A stretch of 64,000 nucleotides of DNA, taken from contig CM120640.1 of assembly GCA_051362555.1 (NCBI GenBank), positions 58,568,788 to 58,632,787 on the forward strand, given 5' to 3'. The notes under the pieces were generated by a model. It was given only the letters and a program-made list of their open reading frames with translations. It searched no databases and was not told the origin of the DNA. Below, in pieces: positions 26,265 through 39,335 of this stretch (positions are counted from its first letter, which is position 1; each line of letters starts with the position of its first letter). Both the position numbers and the translations under genes were made by a program. The stretch comes from Lingula anatina. Its lineage: Eukaryota > Animalia > Brachiopoda.

Positions 26265-28270
26265 AATGCAGCATGCTTGAATAGAAACTAAAACTTCTGA
26301 AGTCTTTCACCAAGAACTATTTCACCTTTATGATAGCAATTTTAACATGTACAGTATTCATTTTTTTATTTTCAAGTGAAAATGAAAACACTTATCCCTG
26401 TTGATACAATTTCATCTTTCATCTCCGCATGTACCAAGTGTTTGAGTAAATGAGATCATGGCCATAGGCAGAGTCGAACTTCTCATTGCAATTACAGTAA
26501 TTGAAGTTGATTAAAACAATTGGATACAATGCTTGTTTCTTGCAGGCTTTGGATGGAGAGTGTGGTTTCATGGCTGCTAATATGTATGCTAAATCTATAT
26601 TTGGAGAGAGTGCTCTTGCCAACATCAGTGTTGAGAAAACAACTCGGCCTGATGCCCCAGTGACTGGACACATACGAATTAGAGCAAAAAGTCAGGTAAA
26701 TATATGAAGAACAATTAGAAACCTTTTTCATATTTTCAATGCCCTTTTTGGCATTTCGTTTGTTGAAAATCAAGTGTTTTAAGTAAAAGTTCCAGCCAGT
26801 TACATTACCGGATATATGAATTTATATCTTAGTTACACATTTTGTTTAAAAAAAATCATATGCACTGATTTCTTTTCATTTGCAGGGTATGGCATTGAAT
26901 TTAGGAGATAAAATCAACCTTTCACAGAAAAAGCAGCTCAAACCTCAAGGGATGTAGAGTAAGATTGAACTGGAAATTTAGCTCTTGATAGACTTTGCTA
27001 CTGAAACCTTATAACATGCATTATCTTCAGTTTAATAAAGACATCGAGTTGATTTAAGATTCAGACTAAAATGAGTCAAGTTATATCCTTATTATGGTTT
27101 ACGAGTGATTAATTGTGACGTCTCTGGTGTAATAAAAAAACAATCTGTAACACACATATATATATATGAATTATGTGGTTTGTATTGAATGCTTTGTATT
27201 ACATTATTGGTATTAGCCTGTAGATAATTAAATTACTGAACTTTAAATAGGGATTGGGAACTCAAATTATAATTACTGTTGTGAATGAATGTGTTTATCT
27301 TTAAAAATGTTTATCATCTGGACCGGAAATTGCTTTAAAGACAAAACTATTATTACAAAAAATTAAATGTTCATTTTTAACACCGAGTGTTACATTTTCT
27401 TTAGTTATCATTATTACTATTATATGGTTATGAGCAGATTTGAGATGTAGGACAACCAACTACTTTTTAAAAGAAAATAAATTTCTTGAATGTGGAAAGG
27501 CAGAGTGTGTGATACAAGGAGGTAAAATTGAGTATAACATTTCTGTAAATTTTGAAATGTTTTGTGTATAATTAATATTTGTGCAATGTAATTGCCTCCT
27601 TTCAACGGGAATTTTTTTCCGAGCAGACCCTTTCTGATACAAAATTTGAATTGATACTTAAGTAATGAACTCTACAAAATGCATCCACTCATAAGGAAGT
27701 TAGGGACACAGCCAGCTTTGTCTGTAATAAGAAAGGGATGATTTATGAAAAATGAACATCCAGTATCTTTGCAACTGTTTATTGAAAATATATTATGGTT
27801 TCTGTTCATGTATCGGTTACGATGGGCTCATATCCCAGGAGTTCCATGTGAAAATATAACATTAAACAGAATTTTGGAAGACTACAGTATATACAAACAG
27901 AGAAAAAACAATTATCATGGAACTTGATCATGCAATTCACCAATTAAATACTTCATCCATTTGCTCCTGTCTCCAGGCTCCTGATAACCCCATGTATCAT
28001 AAAAGTCTTCTTTTACTTCAGCTCTTGACTAAATGCTAGAAAAACAAATGATGCTACAATATTTCTCTTCAATTTTGTATCAAACAGCTACCAGACTATT
28101 GATATAATAATGGCGTTTGAGCTTCAAGAGGCAAGAGGAAAGAATGTTCTCTATAAATTGCATATCTGAATTCAATACGGACTAGTAAACACACTTTATA
28201 AATGGACTTATTAAATACATTTTAATCTTATCTATATTCAGTTTGCAAAAATTATGCGAGGCCTAAATTG
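26265..28270 (+). repeat. Segment paralogous to ~385-3270 (COPB1 last exons, 3' UTR and downstream flank)
   Basis: Long near-identical colinear blocks through intron, exons, UTR and flank. Similarity stops after gaggcct at ~3260 / ~28264. Confidence 0.92.
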
Positions 28271-29613
28271 AATGGACAAGTATATGTTGTGCAACCTGGA
28301 TAAAACTGGAAATTGTCATTTAAAAAAGTAATGATCATTTAAAGTAAACATGTCACATGACATGCTTGGACATGGGTCTGAAACTAACTGACAACAATGG
28401 GACATTAAAGATTATAACTGAGAACTAAAATCAAAACTTATTTCCAGATGACATAAAACTTCCTGTCAAAAGTGATTGTTACTGTCAGAATTTGAATGAG
28501 GGTCACTGGTTGTATTTTTATGACAAAAGTCCATTGTACGGTAGATGTTTGAAACACACCAAGGGGTGGTGAAACAACTCATAAATGAAACCCAACAACG
28601 GGATACAATTCTAGAAATTAAAATACAACATCACTGGTGAGTGCAAAGGAAACAATCTCTGAGATTCTCCTGAATATGCTATAAGCTGATATATGTAGTT
28701 TGTTCAAGTCTGTTTTTCTGAATGAGAACACAATTCTAAGCTGCGTGGAAAACTAGTCACTTGTATCACTGTAGCTGCTTCTTGTTCAAAGAAATACTTA
28801 GTGATTACATTACAGTGAATATATAAAAGCTGCAAAATTTCTCCATCAATATTATTTGCTGATATATATAACAAAAGTTACATATGACAACAAGTATGAT
28901 ATGACCACAGGCATAGAAAACCACCTACAATTAATAATAATAATAACAATAATAAATCTTAATATTAATCCTTTTTAATTATCTACTCTTTTTAAGGATT
29001 TTTATTTTTTATGTTACACTATTGGAAATATTAAGATATACATCAGTCAATGGTTAAAAGTAAATATGGCTTCATTGTGATTAGCACCATCGAATCCACT
29101 TAATGTTACTTTATACAGCTGATTAACAGCACCCGGCAATCGTGTACAATTCACAGGTTTACATTTCATAGCACCATTCATAAACAAATACAGATGCATT
29201 CCAATCAATGTGTATGGCATGATACTGGAGGTGAGGAAAATGAGTTAAGGCCTTAGGGGGGTTATTCACATGTAGAATTTCCTTAAATAATGGGAGAAAT
29301 GCAGTATACATTTCTCATCCACAACTTAAACCAGCTGCAAGCATCAGCCTCCAGAGGGTCTTTTCCAATAAAATGCCAGGAGCTACAATCTGAACAGGAA
29401 ATTCAAACTTGCAATGGCATATTGAAGAGAGGCAAGAAAATTCCAGCTGACTTATAACAATTTCACTTATTAAATGATTTACCAATTTACAGGGTGAACC
29501 CCCCCCCCCCAAAAAAAAAAAAAAAAAAAAAAAAACACTTTAAACTGAAATGTGTGTATGATCATTCTCCAAAGTTTGGGTTATCTTGGTAGGTTTGCAT
29601 AAAAGATAAAAGT

Positions 29614-29843
29614 CACCCTCTACTAGGGCCGCAGATTGATTTTTCTCCAGATATTCACAGATGTCTCTGGTCAACCCCCAGCAGGCAAACGACATTGATT
29701 CTACGTTGATTCAACGTTGATCCACCAAAATTAACGTTGATTCAACAGTGAATCAATGTCGTTTGTCTGCTGGGCCGATGACATTTTTCTGCTCCCATTA
29801 GAGAAAAGTGCACATATTTAATCTGCGACCCTTGTAGAGGGCA
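29614..29843. mobile_element. MITE related to the 1313-1468 family, containing a nested 98-bp CCCAG-terminal MITE (29677-29774)
   Basis: Outer ends caccctctac / gtagagggca with near-TSD (g/c)ataaaagt and shared gatattcacagat. Inner palindrome cccagcaggcaaacgacattgatt...aatcaatgtcgtttgtctgctggg flanked by cc. Confidence 0.75.
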
Positions 29844-30507
29844 CATAAAAGTTGTTCTTTCCAAAATATGAGCCAAATGGCCCCTGAAGCATTGGAGACA
29901 CACTTGCATATGTCCAACAAACTGTTAATTACTCTAACACGTTCATCTCTGGGGAATTTTTCTGATTTTTGCTACCATAGTTGCTTTCAATTCAATCATT
30001 TGAGGGTTGTTCTGGTACACATTATCCTTGAGATACCCCCATGGATAAAAATCCGGAAGGTTCAAGACCTGTGAATGCAGTGCCACTCAACGTCACACTT
30101 CCTGCTGATATGTTTTTTTTTTCTTTTTTTATTTTTAGGGGGGGGGGTCACTTTGTACTATGAATGTTGAAGATGGGTTAAGTTTTTTCGTCATGTAAAA
30201 TTGGCGCTACCTTAGTCATTACAATAACCAGTAAGATGAACATTCTTTCAATTTTAACACCAGTTAGAACCATGTTCTAATGTGTGAGAAGCCTTGCTAT
30301 GCTTCAGCTTATGTAAGCCGAAGTTTCTTATAAATAATACTATAATCACCTGGGTTTCTGCAAATATGTACAATCTGTAACTAAATATTTCAAATAGTTA
30401 CAAAGAACTACAAGGAGGATAACTTACTTCCTAGTACATAAATAACCTTTTTAATATCTATGGCAAATCAATAAGTAATTTCTCTTCAAAATGTAATTTA
30501 TCATAGG

Positions 30508-30545
30508 TGTGTGTGTGTGTGCGTGCGTGCGTGCGTGTGTGTGTG
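30508..30545. repeat. (GT)n/(GCGT)n microsatellite
   Basis: gtgtgtgtgtgtgcgtgcgtgcgtgcgtgtgtgtgtg. Confidence 0.9.
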
Positions 30546-31020
30546 AATGTATAATTGTTAAGATAACCCAGCCTTACAATTTTGTCACATTACTTGAAAC
30601 CTATGTGACAAAAAATTTTTGGCACTTACGGGAGAGATGACAGGAACAGACACCAGTGGCCTCTACTGTCTGAGGAACTCAAACCACAATTCCCATCAAA
30701 AAGTTCTTTAAACAATCACTTAGGCTTGTGAAAACAGTATTTTGACACTTATGATAAATAATACTTTTTCCTTCATTTTTGCAAGGACAGATTGCACATC
30801 AAGCTACTTCAAGTCAAAACCTTTTGAAACACCAATAGCACAGGGGTGATAACGTAAGGTACATTAAGTTTTTCAAGAAAGCAGGAAGGGAGAGAGAGAG
30901 AAAGAAACTGTAAGCAATTAATCACTTTCAATACTCTTTTGTTACTATTGAAAAATTAAAATGCAATACAACAAAAGTAAAAAAAAAAAAATTTTGGAGA
31001 TACTCCAAAATATCAAATAA

Positions 31021-33656
31021 CTAGAGGATCAGAGAGGCGATACCGCCTCCGAATATTGTACCACCAGCTGGAGCAAGAGCATTCGTATAGACCCCCACAT
31101 ACACAAAATAAGGGACACAGCCACCAGTTTTGTGCTTGACAAGCTGTAAAAATGCAATCAACAAGAATTTTTAAACTATTGCAAAAAATATATATGGTAC
31201 AATCAAATTTAAGTTCTTCGTAAGGTAGGTCAAGGGTCAATTTCAAGGTCACAGTAAATTGCCAGTATATGACTTCCTATTCAAGTTCAAGAGTAACTAT
31301 GGACCTATCTCTGTCAAGTTTGAAGTTAAAAGAGAAAGAAATTAGCAGAGTTCAGTTCATGATAAAAAGTAGGTCAAAGGTCAATTTCAAGGTCACATTT
31401 AGATTGCCAGTATATGACTTTCTATTCAAGTTCAATAGTAACTATGGACCTATCTCTGCCAGTTTTGGAGATAAAAGGGAAGCAAAATTTGCAAAGTTCA
31501 GTTTATGGTGAAAAGTAGGACAAAGGTCAATTTTAATGTCACATTTATAATGCCAGTATATGACTTCCTATTCAAGTTCAATAGTAACTACGGACCTATC
31601 TCAGCCAGTTTTGGAGATAAAAGGAAAGCAAAATTTGCAAAATTCAGTTTATGGTGTAAAGTAGGTCAAAGGTCAATTTTAAGGTCACATTTAGATTGCC
31701 AGTATATGACTTCCTATTCAAGTTCAATAGTAACTACGGACCTATCTCAGCCAGTTTTGGAGATAAAAGGAAAGCAAAATTTGCAAAATTCAGTTCATGG
31801 TGTAAAGTAGGTCAAAGGTCAATTTTAAGGTCACATTTAGATTGCCAGTATATGACTTCCTATTCAAGTTCAATAGTAACTATGGACCTATCTCTGCCAG
31901 TTTTGGAGATAAAAGGGAAGCAAATTTTGCAAAGTTCAGTTTATGGTGAAAAGTAGGTCAAAGGTCAATTTTAAGGTCACATTTAGATTGCCAGTATATG
32001 ACTTCCTATTCAAGTTCAATAGTAACTATGGACCTATCTCTGCCAGTTTTGGAGATAAAAGGGAAGAAAAATTTGCAAAGTTCAGTTCATGGTGAAAAGT
32101 AGGTCAAAGGTCACTTTCAAGGTCATAGTAAGATTGCCAGTATATGACTTCCTATTCAACTTCAATAGTAACTATGGACCTATCTCTGCCAGTTTTGGAG
32201 ATAAAAGGAAAGCAAAATTTGCAAAGTTCAGTTTATGGTGAAAAGTAGGTCAAAGGTCAATTTTAAGGTCACATTTAGATTGCCAGTATATGACTTCCTA
32301 TTCAAGTTCAATAGTAACTATGGACCTATCTCTGCCAGTTTTGGAGATAAAAGGGAAGAAAAATTTGCAAAGTTCAGTTCATGGTGAAAAGTAGGTCAAA
32401 GGTCACTTTCAAGGTCATAGTAAGATTGCCAGTATATGACTTCCTATTCAACTTCAATAGTAACTATGGACCTATCTCTGCCAGTTTTGGAGATAAAAGG
32501 GAAGAAAAGTTTGCAAAGTTCAGTTCATGGTGAAAAGTAGGTCAAAGGTCACTTTCAAGGTCATAGTAAGATTGCCAGTATATGACTTCCTATTCAACTT
32601 CAATAGTAACTATGGACCTATCTCTGCCAGTTTTGGAGATATAAGGGACTAAATGTTATAATTTTGGAGTTACCATAATGTGCCTTAAATTTCGTACAGA
32701 AAAAATTAATTAAAATAAAGAAAATGTCATTTTGGTCAAAATTCTTGAAATAGGAGGTGCTCTGAAGTTTCAGAAGTTCAAATTTGATGAAATAATGTCA
32801 TTTTTGAACACAAGTTGTCTGCTTTGCCAAGCCTTATGTTTTATTTTTCCAGAGTTCAAAATTTATTATCCATTACCGTACTGCACATTTTGCTTTTACC
32901 ACCAATATGTACTTTTTGATACAGCGTAACTCGAAAACCGTATGGAATACAAAAAAACCGAGACCACCTCCAGTGTTGGGCTTTACATGCTCTACAAAAT
33001 GCAAAAAAGAATGGGTCTCTAGCATTAACGGTTCCCGAATTAGAGACAGTTTTCAGTTTCGGTATCTTATGGCCGCTACTCCTGTGAAAATGCACCGATT
33101 GACCCCAAATTCATGGAGATGAAAGATGACCTGAAGGGTAACACCTTCCAATAATATTATTGGTTAAGTCTGTGTGGTGTCTGAATAACAGGGCAAAAAA
33201 AATTTTTTTCGTAAAAAATTTCATTTTTTTGAAAATTTTGGCCCATTTGACCTTGAAGTAAAGGTCAAAGGTCAAATCCAAGGGTATATTTGAAATCTAC
33301 ACATATGACTTTTGGAAAGCCGTCTATAGAAATTTTTCCCATAACTCCTTCCGTAGGGTAGATAATTAGCATTTAATTTTGCCATTTTTAGACAAGGGTG
33401 CATTGCAATGAGTGCCACACCCAGACCCCAATACCGACAAAGCCCAAATTTTACGTGGAACGAGTTGAGATTATAGGTGACCTAAATCCATGAGATGGGT
33501 ACAGGGGCCCTTACCGTCTAGGAGGAGAAGCGGTAACGGTAGCCGTCCGGCGGAGCCAACGGAGCCGGCGGAGCCGGCGGAGCCGGCGGAGCCGGCGGAA
33601 CGATCCGGACGGGACCGAAACCATGTGTACCGCCAGCGCTAACGCTGGTGGTACAA
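31021..33656 (-). mobile_element. Helentron/HINE-like element, copy C (full length, ~10 units of 146 bp)
   Basis: Terminal CTAG plus gaggcgataccgcctc hairpin, subTIR pair ttgtaccaccagc / gctggtggtacaa, terminal palindrome, (cggagccgg)n microsatellite at ~33550-33600, A-rich flanks and no TSD. Confidence 0.85.
31225..32650. repeat. Tandem array of 146-bp satellite-like units inside HINE copy C
   Basis: ccagtatatgactt recurs at ~31262, 31407, 31553, 31699, 31845, 31991, 32137, 32283, 32429 and 32575. Confidence 0.95.
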
Positions 33657-34303
33657 TTAACTATTCATATAAGGCCTACTTACATTGTGAATAAACAATA
33701 TAAATTTTCCTGAACAGGTCTGATAGTATTATCTGTTACTAACAAGCCAGGGACTACAGTGCACTATTAAGATGTTACCCAGCATATGTAGAACAGTATT
33801 CCTTACATATCTGCCCTATTACCCAATTTACATAGTCACAACAGATTCAACTGTGCAGAATAATGTGAACCCTCATCATTTAATGTGACATTTTCCTGTC
33901 ATTCTCCTATGTAACCTCTGCCAAAGAAGGGAGGAAATTTTTAATATTTTGAAATGGAAAAAATTGTTGACCAAGATCAAGGAGCAAAAGTTTTCCCGTA
34001 TCATGCCAATTGCATTTTAACACCTATAACACTATGTGTAATGAAATAATACCAATACAAATTGTAATACAAAAGCCCATTGTGAGGTTCAATTTTTCGT
34101 ACAAAATCTAACACATAGAGGTGTCAGTTTCTTTGATATACATGCTTTACATTCCAAAAATTTTGAAAATCACTGAAGGAAAGTCGTGGTCTGATTTTCT
34201 CTCTAACTCTGCTGTAGTACACATAACCCTACTTGACACGTGTTGTGAAAATATCTGTCAGATATGTCTGTTCTTTAAAAATGCATAGACAGTAGAAAAA
34301 GAT

Positions 34304-37300
34304 TCATAATAAGTTGCATCTTGGTCCCTTTTTTCGCCTTGGTGGTTTGACTGGTGGTCTTTCTTCTGCTTGAAATTTTCTGAAAGCAGACAAACACATC
34401 AGAAATATAATATATAAACAAGCTTTAATACTACATATAATTTAACTGTCTTTCAATTAAAACTCAAATATGCTGAACTATATCTTTAACACGGAAACAA
34501 CATTCCAGTTGTAGTTTTCATATAAATTTAGATCTAGCCACTTGAATAACAGTTTGGTCATGGCCTGGAAACCACAATATAGTTCATGAAACAGATATTT
34601 CAAAATACAGGTGTGTAAATGCAATTATATCAGGGAAGCACTCACAAATTCTTCAAGAGTAATAAGACCTAAACATACAAAATTTTCTGTATAATGAAAT
34701 ATTGTGTTGAATTTATAACTAAATATACCAATTAAAAAGAATCAAGCAAAGTGGCAGCAATTATTCCACCATTATGGTTGCCGTACACAAGCAGTGATTT
34801 TATATTTCCCACCCACGTCAAATGTTTAGAAATGGTGTAACCAATCAGTAACATTCAGAACTGGTAACAGAGATATAACTGATGTAATGCTAAATGCATT
34901 CAGACATAAGTTGGTACCATGTGTAGGTGAAACAATACTGCTTGCTTCAATCAATATCCCAGTAAAATCCAATGCCATCTTAATGTTATGTGTGGATGGG
35001 TGATTTTTCCAGATTAAAGACCACTAACAAGCCAAATATATGTGAATAGGATTAATCTTCTATAATATAAGGGGGTTTAAGGGCTACAGGGGAGATGACT
35101 ATTCACAAATCACCAGTTTTTGCTGGGTATGCAAAATATAAGTTAGCCTACCTTACTATACGGACTAGTTCATAAAACGATTCATCAACATTCATTCTGA
35201 TTTTGGCACTTGCTTCAATATAACTGATTTTTAACTGTCTGGCAAGTTCATAGCCATCCTCTGTTGAAACCTGGAAAACCACAAAAAATGGTAAAAAAGG
35301 GAATGCTGCTGTCCGCCTGTAATGTTTTCTATTTACTAATATAGTTAAAGTGATTTGCCCATGACCTTTTAAACAACATTTTAAATATATCAATAAAAAA
35401 TGGTTAAGCAGGCAAAGAAATAAAAAAGGCAGCAAAGCTTTCAAATGTACAGACAAAAAGCAGAAAATAACGATGCACAAAATAGCTCATTTTGTCATTT
35501 TCCAATTTGAACTGTATGTCAATCCTAAAATTCATTCTTGTTAGTTGTAAAATAATTAGTAAAACAATTTTACTTTCAGAATGTTAGTGGTGGCAGTGCA
35601 CAAAATAGGTTTTTGTCAATCTTAATGGAATATTATGTAATGATTGACTGCATAATCGCCACCAATTTTTATTCATCTTCTTTACGTGACTTGGATATTC
35701 AGAAAATGTAACTACCATAAGGCTTCATTCCAATGTGAGTTTTAAGTCCAACATTGAAAATGCCAATATGTGAAAAATGAGCATTTCACAAAAACTGCAA
35801 TACTTCCAGAAAAATAATCCGATCAGGCTGGTTTTCCAATTCAAGCTTTACTTAAGTCCTATAAATCTTTTTTTAAGTTTGAGAATCATAAGAAACATGG
35901 TTTTCCTATAATGTTCAATATTATGGTTAATAATATTAACAGTTTTTTTTTATGCAATATTACAAAATGCTTAACACATAACTAATACCAATGTTTAATT
36001 ATATAATAAAATATTGGGATATATCATAGACATTCACAAGATGTCTTCAGGCCCTTGGAAGTTAAATGCCACACCTTGAAAATGCAAATATGTGAAAAAT
36101 TAACATAAATTCCACAAGAAACTGCATAACTTCCAGAAAAAAAGTTCCAAGCAGGCTGGTTTTCCAACTCAAGCTATACTTAAGACCTATGTTTCTTTTC
36201 TGCAATGTATTATTGCATCAAAACTGAAGAAAATCCTATTTTGCGCTCTGTCCCCATAATGACCATTGAATGAAAACAGTGTCACTTATGATTCTCAAAC
36301 ATACAGAAAAGAAACATAGAACTAAAATACAGCACAGAACATAAAAAAAGGGGCGGGGGGGGGGGGGGGTAACTTCAAGAATAATTTCATCAGGCTGGTT
36401 AGCAAACTCAACCTGTATTTTAGTAATGTTAATCACTCCAGTAAATTTCAGGACAATAATTCATATATGCTGGGAAAAAAAGCATGACTTTTGAAAATCT
36501 GGTTTGATCAAAAAGTTCTTCAAAATGGACCTGTATTTGATGAAATATCAGTTCTGTAAGTTTGAAGACAAAATTTAAATCATTTTTCCACTTATTGTGT
36601 TATCTCTAAAAGTGCATCACAATGGTAATGACAGATGCGTGTAACGGCTATATGTACAGACCCATCTGTGTCTATATGTAAAAAGAAGAACCTGCAGCCC
36701 TAGATACTTACAAAGGGAAATTGAATCGTCTTAGAGTAGTAAATGGCCTACTGTTTCATTAAATAAAATAAAAAACAATATGTACTTTGTCCAAATTTAC
36801 CACTACATGTTAACAATTGTCATGAAAACCGACTATATTTACAAACATAATGAGGTCTTCCCAGGGGTCTATCATCCTACTTAAGGTCTGGTGATAGCCT
36901 TGTTTGAAAACACAGCATATTTATCTTCCCTTTGCCATAACTACATAAAATGCAGGTGCTAATTTAGACAAAATAACCCATAAATATATCGGCCGACTAA
37001 GTCGATCAACAAACAGCTAATGTAATCAAAGGTTTTACATATTAGACATTAAGTAGAGTGATATGAGAACACATGTTATCATATGTACAAGGCAATGAAC
37101 CAAAACTAACATTTAACTCAATGTGTTCCATTATACAGGTTGTTATATGTAAAAAAAAAAAAAAAAATCAGTATATACATGCCCAACAGAAGCTATCACC
37201 ATGTACATTAATCTCACCATTCTTTGATGCTCCAAATCTGCCTTGTTGCCCACCAGTATCATTGGAAACTCATCCCGGTCCTTCACCCTTAGAATCTGTC

Positions 37301-38623
37301 TGTGGAATTTATAAATTTCATCAAAACTGCAACAAAAAGAAATCATCCATATTAAGTTTTGAAAAAAAATTGTCAATGTCAAATTAAAATCCTAAGAAGA
37401 CTGTAAACAGGCAATATAAAAACATGGCAGTGGTGTATTTTGTGAAAATATAGCCACAAAATTTACACATCTTTAGTGAAGACAAATCAATGACTAGGAA
37501 TAATTGGAATAATTAAAAAAATACAAAATTTCTACAATTTGCTCACCTTGACTTATCTGTGACTGAATAAATTAATAGAAATCCTTCTCCAGATCTCATG
37601 TATTGTTCCCTCATTGCACTGAATTCTTCCTGGCCTGCTGTATCCAAGACTGAAATTTCAAACTCAAACACATTACCCTTGGTTATAGGTGTGGGGGTTT
37701 GTAATATAGTCTAATACATCATTATTGGTAATGCTGGCTATAATTCTAGTAATTTGAAAATGAATGCTTACAGATTTCAATTTGACAAATATAATTCAAT
37801 TTGTTAATTACATCTTATAATAAATGTTCGAAGGTTTATGATAGTGATATATTGCATATCAATATAAACTTAACTGCAATTTTATACATGTATCTTAAAT
37901 TAATTTTCCCAAAATAAAAGAATACTTGAAACCTTAGAACAATAAAAATACCATTCACTTTGATGACTCTTCATAAAACTGACTTATTTACTTCAGAGAA
38001 ATTGCAATTCCAGATATTTCATAGTCTAAGGGGAATACCTTTCATTGATGGGAGTTTTTTTACTACAGCTTTGATGGACGACTTCCTCGGTTATTACACT
38101 AAATGCATGCAAGATTCTCTAGAGGAAAATTCTAAACGAACTGCTTTAAAAAAACATTATTATAGTCATGTTATCATATTGAATTACTGTATATCTTGCT
38201 GTCTCAAATATGTTGCATTGTTTTTTAAGATAATGAGAGCCCAAGCTATTGATACTTATCTACTCAAATCAAACAGATATTTTCAAATAAGAAATTTCTT
38301 CAAAATAGTTCCCCAATTTCTGGTAAGATTTATACATAAAAAAAAAACAACCCTTTTACAGCCTCAAGTAAAATTTAAATCTTTTTGGACATCACTCAGG
38401 TTTAATCAATGCAGCAAAATTTGAGTTCAGTGCTGAGATGAGATTGAGGCTTTGATTGCAGCCCTTCATACAAGCGCAGAATTGAAAATCTGCCTTCCTA
38501 AGGTTAGTTTAGTCCAATGAAATCCACAGAACTTCAACAAAAAAATATTTCAAATACATTGGGTATGGTTTCTATTACAAACTAGACAGCAAATCTTTCA
38601 ATATACAGACACCTTACAGATAA

Positions 38624-38662
<39 letters not shown>

Positions 38663-39292
38663 AATAGCTTCTAAAAGTTTACAGTGACTGACTTCATGAA
38701 TAGCTTATCCCTGAATTCCAAAACACAACTGCCTCTTTCCCACTATACTAGCTGTTTGCACATGTTCTCAATCTATACTGTGTACAGGTTCAGCATTTTA
38801 ATTGAAAATTAAAAAAAATGTGGCAGACACAATATTGAAATATATCATGAGATTGGAAAAAATAAGATATAATTTAAATTTTTGATAACCACTTACATAG
38901 TACAATATAATGAATTAAAGTAAACTTAGGAAAACAGGATTGCAAAACACAAAAAAATGTGCCAGTCACTTAGTGAAAATTAACAAACATGCTACAGAAC
39001 CTAAACCTTTTTACTAAACAAAGCCACACAGCTAACTTGAAGTAGAAGAAAAATACAGTTTGGCACTTATTAGACAAGTATAGCCAAAATACATACAAAA
39101 ATATCTGATCTTTGTAATTTTCATTAGGAACCTGCAATTTTTACCTAATAAATCCATTCATTTAAAATAAAACAATGATATGGTTGGCATTTGTAGGATG
39201 AACCACAGATTGTTGGAGTGAAGGCAGTCATGGTGAAGTCCATGAATTGGATAACTCTAAAAAATCATGAATCAAAAAAGTTTCATATATTA

Positions 39293-39335
<43 letters not shown>

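Larger units (their letters stand above)
3418..26957 (+). pseudogene. COPB1: Tandemly duplicated, unprocessed COPB1 pseudogene
   Basis: Exon remnants: 3418-3508 (MDNTEQGCYTLINIPSDSEPP), 4118-4289, ~19390-19519, 19799-19891, 20054-20195, 20523-20635, 20891-20998, 21243-21389, 21710-21855, 21932-21986, 22146-22257, 22790-22910, 23169-23240, 23485-23640, 23880-23969, 24169-24258, 24552-24669, 25502-25621, 25704-25941, 26546-26695, 26886-26957. Lesions: frameshifts near 4216, 19488, 20144 and 25780; TAG at 25567-25569; donor GT>AT at 20196; in-frame deletion of about 9 codons at ~24590; two expected exons not found. Confidence 0.9.

Noticed and set aside
31225-32650. Regular repeat array as a possible CRISPR array or repeat-protein gene
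   Set aside because: Units are contiguous 146-bp copies with no unique spacers and no cas genes. 146 is not a multiple of 3, so the short ORFs listed are artefacts.
37960-38424. 154-aa plus-strand ORF inside an RRAS2 intron
   Set aside because: Composition is typical of AT-rich non-coding DNA, with no domain and no splice context.
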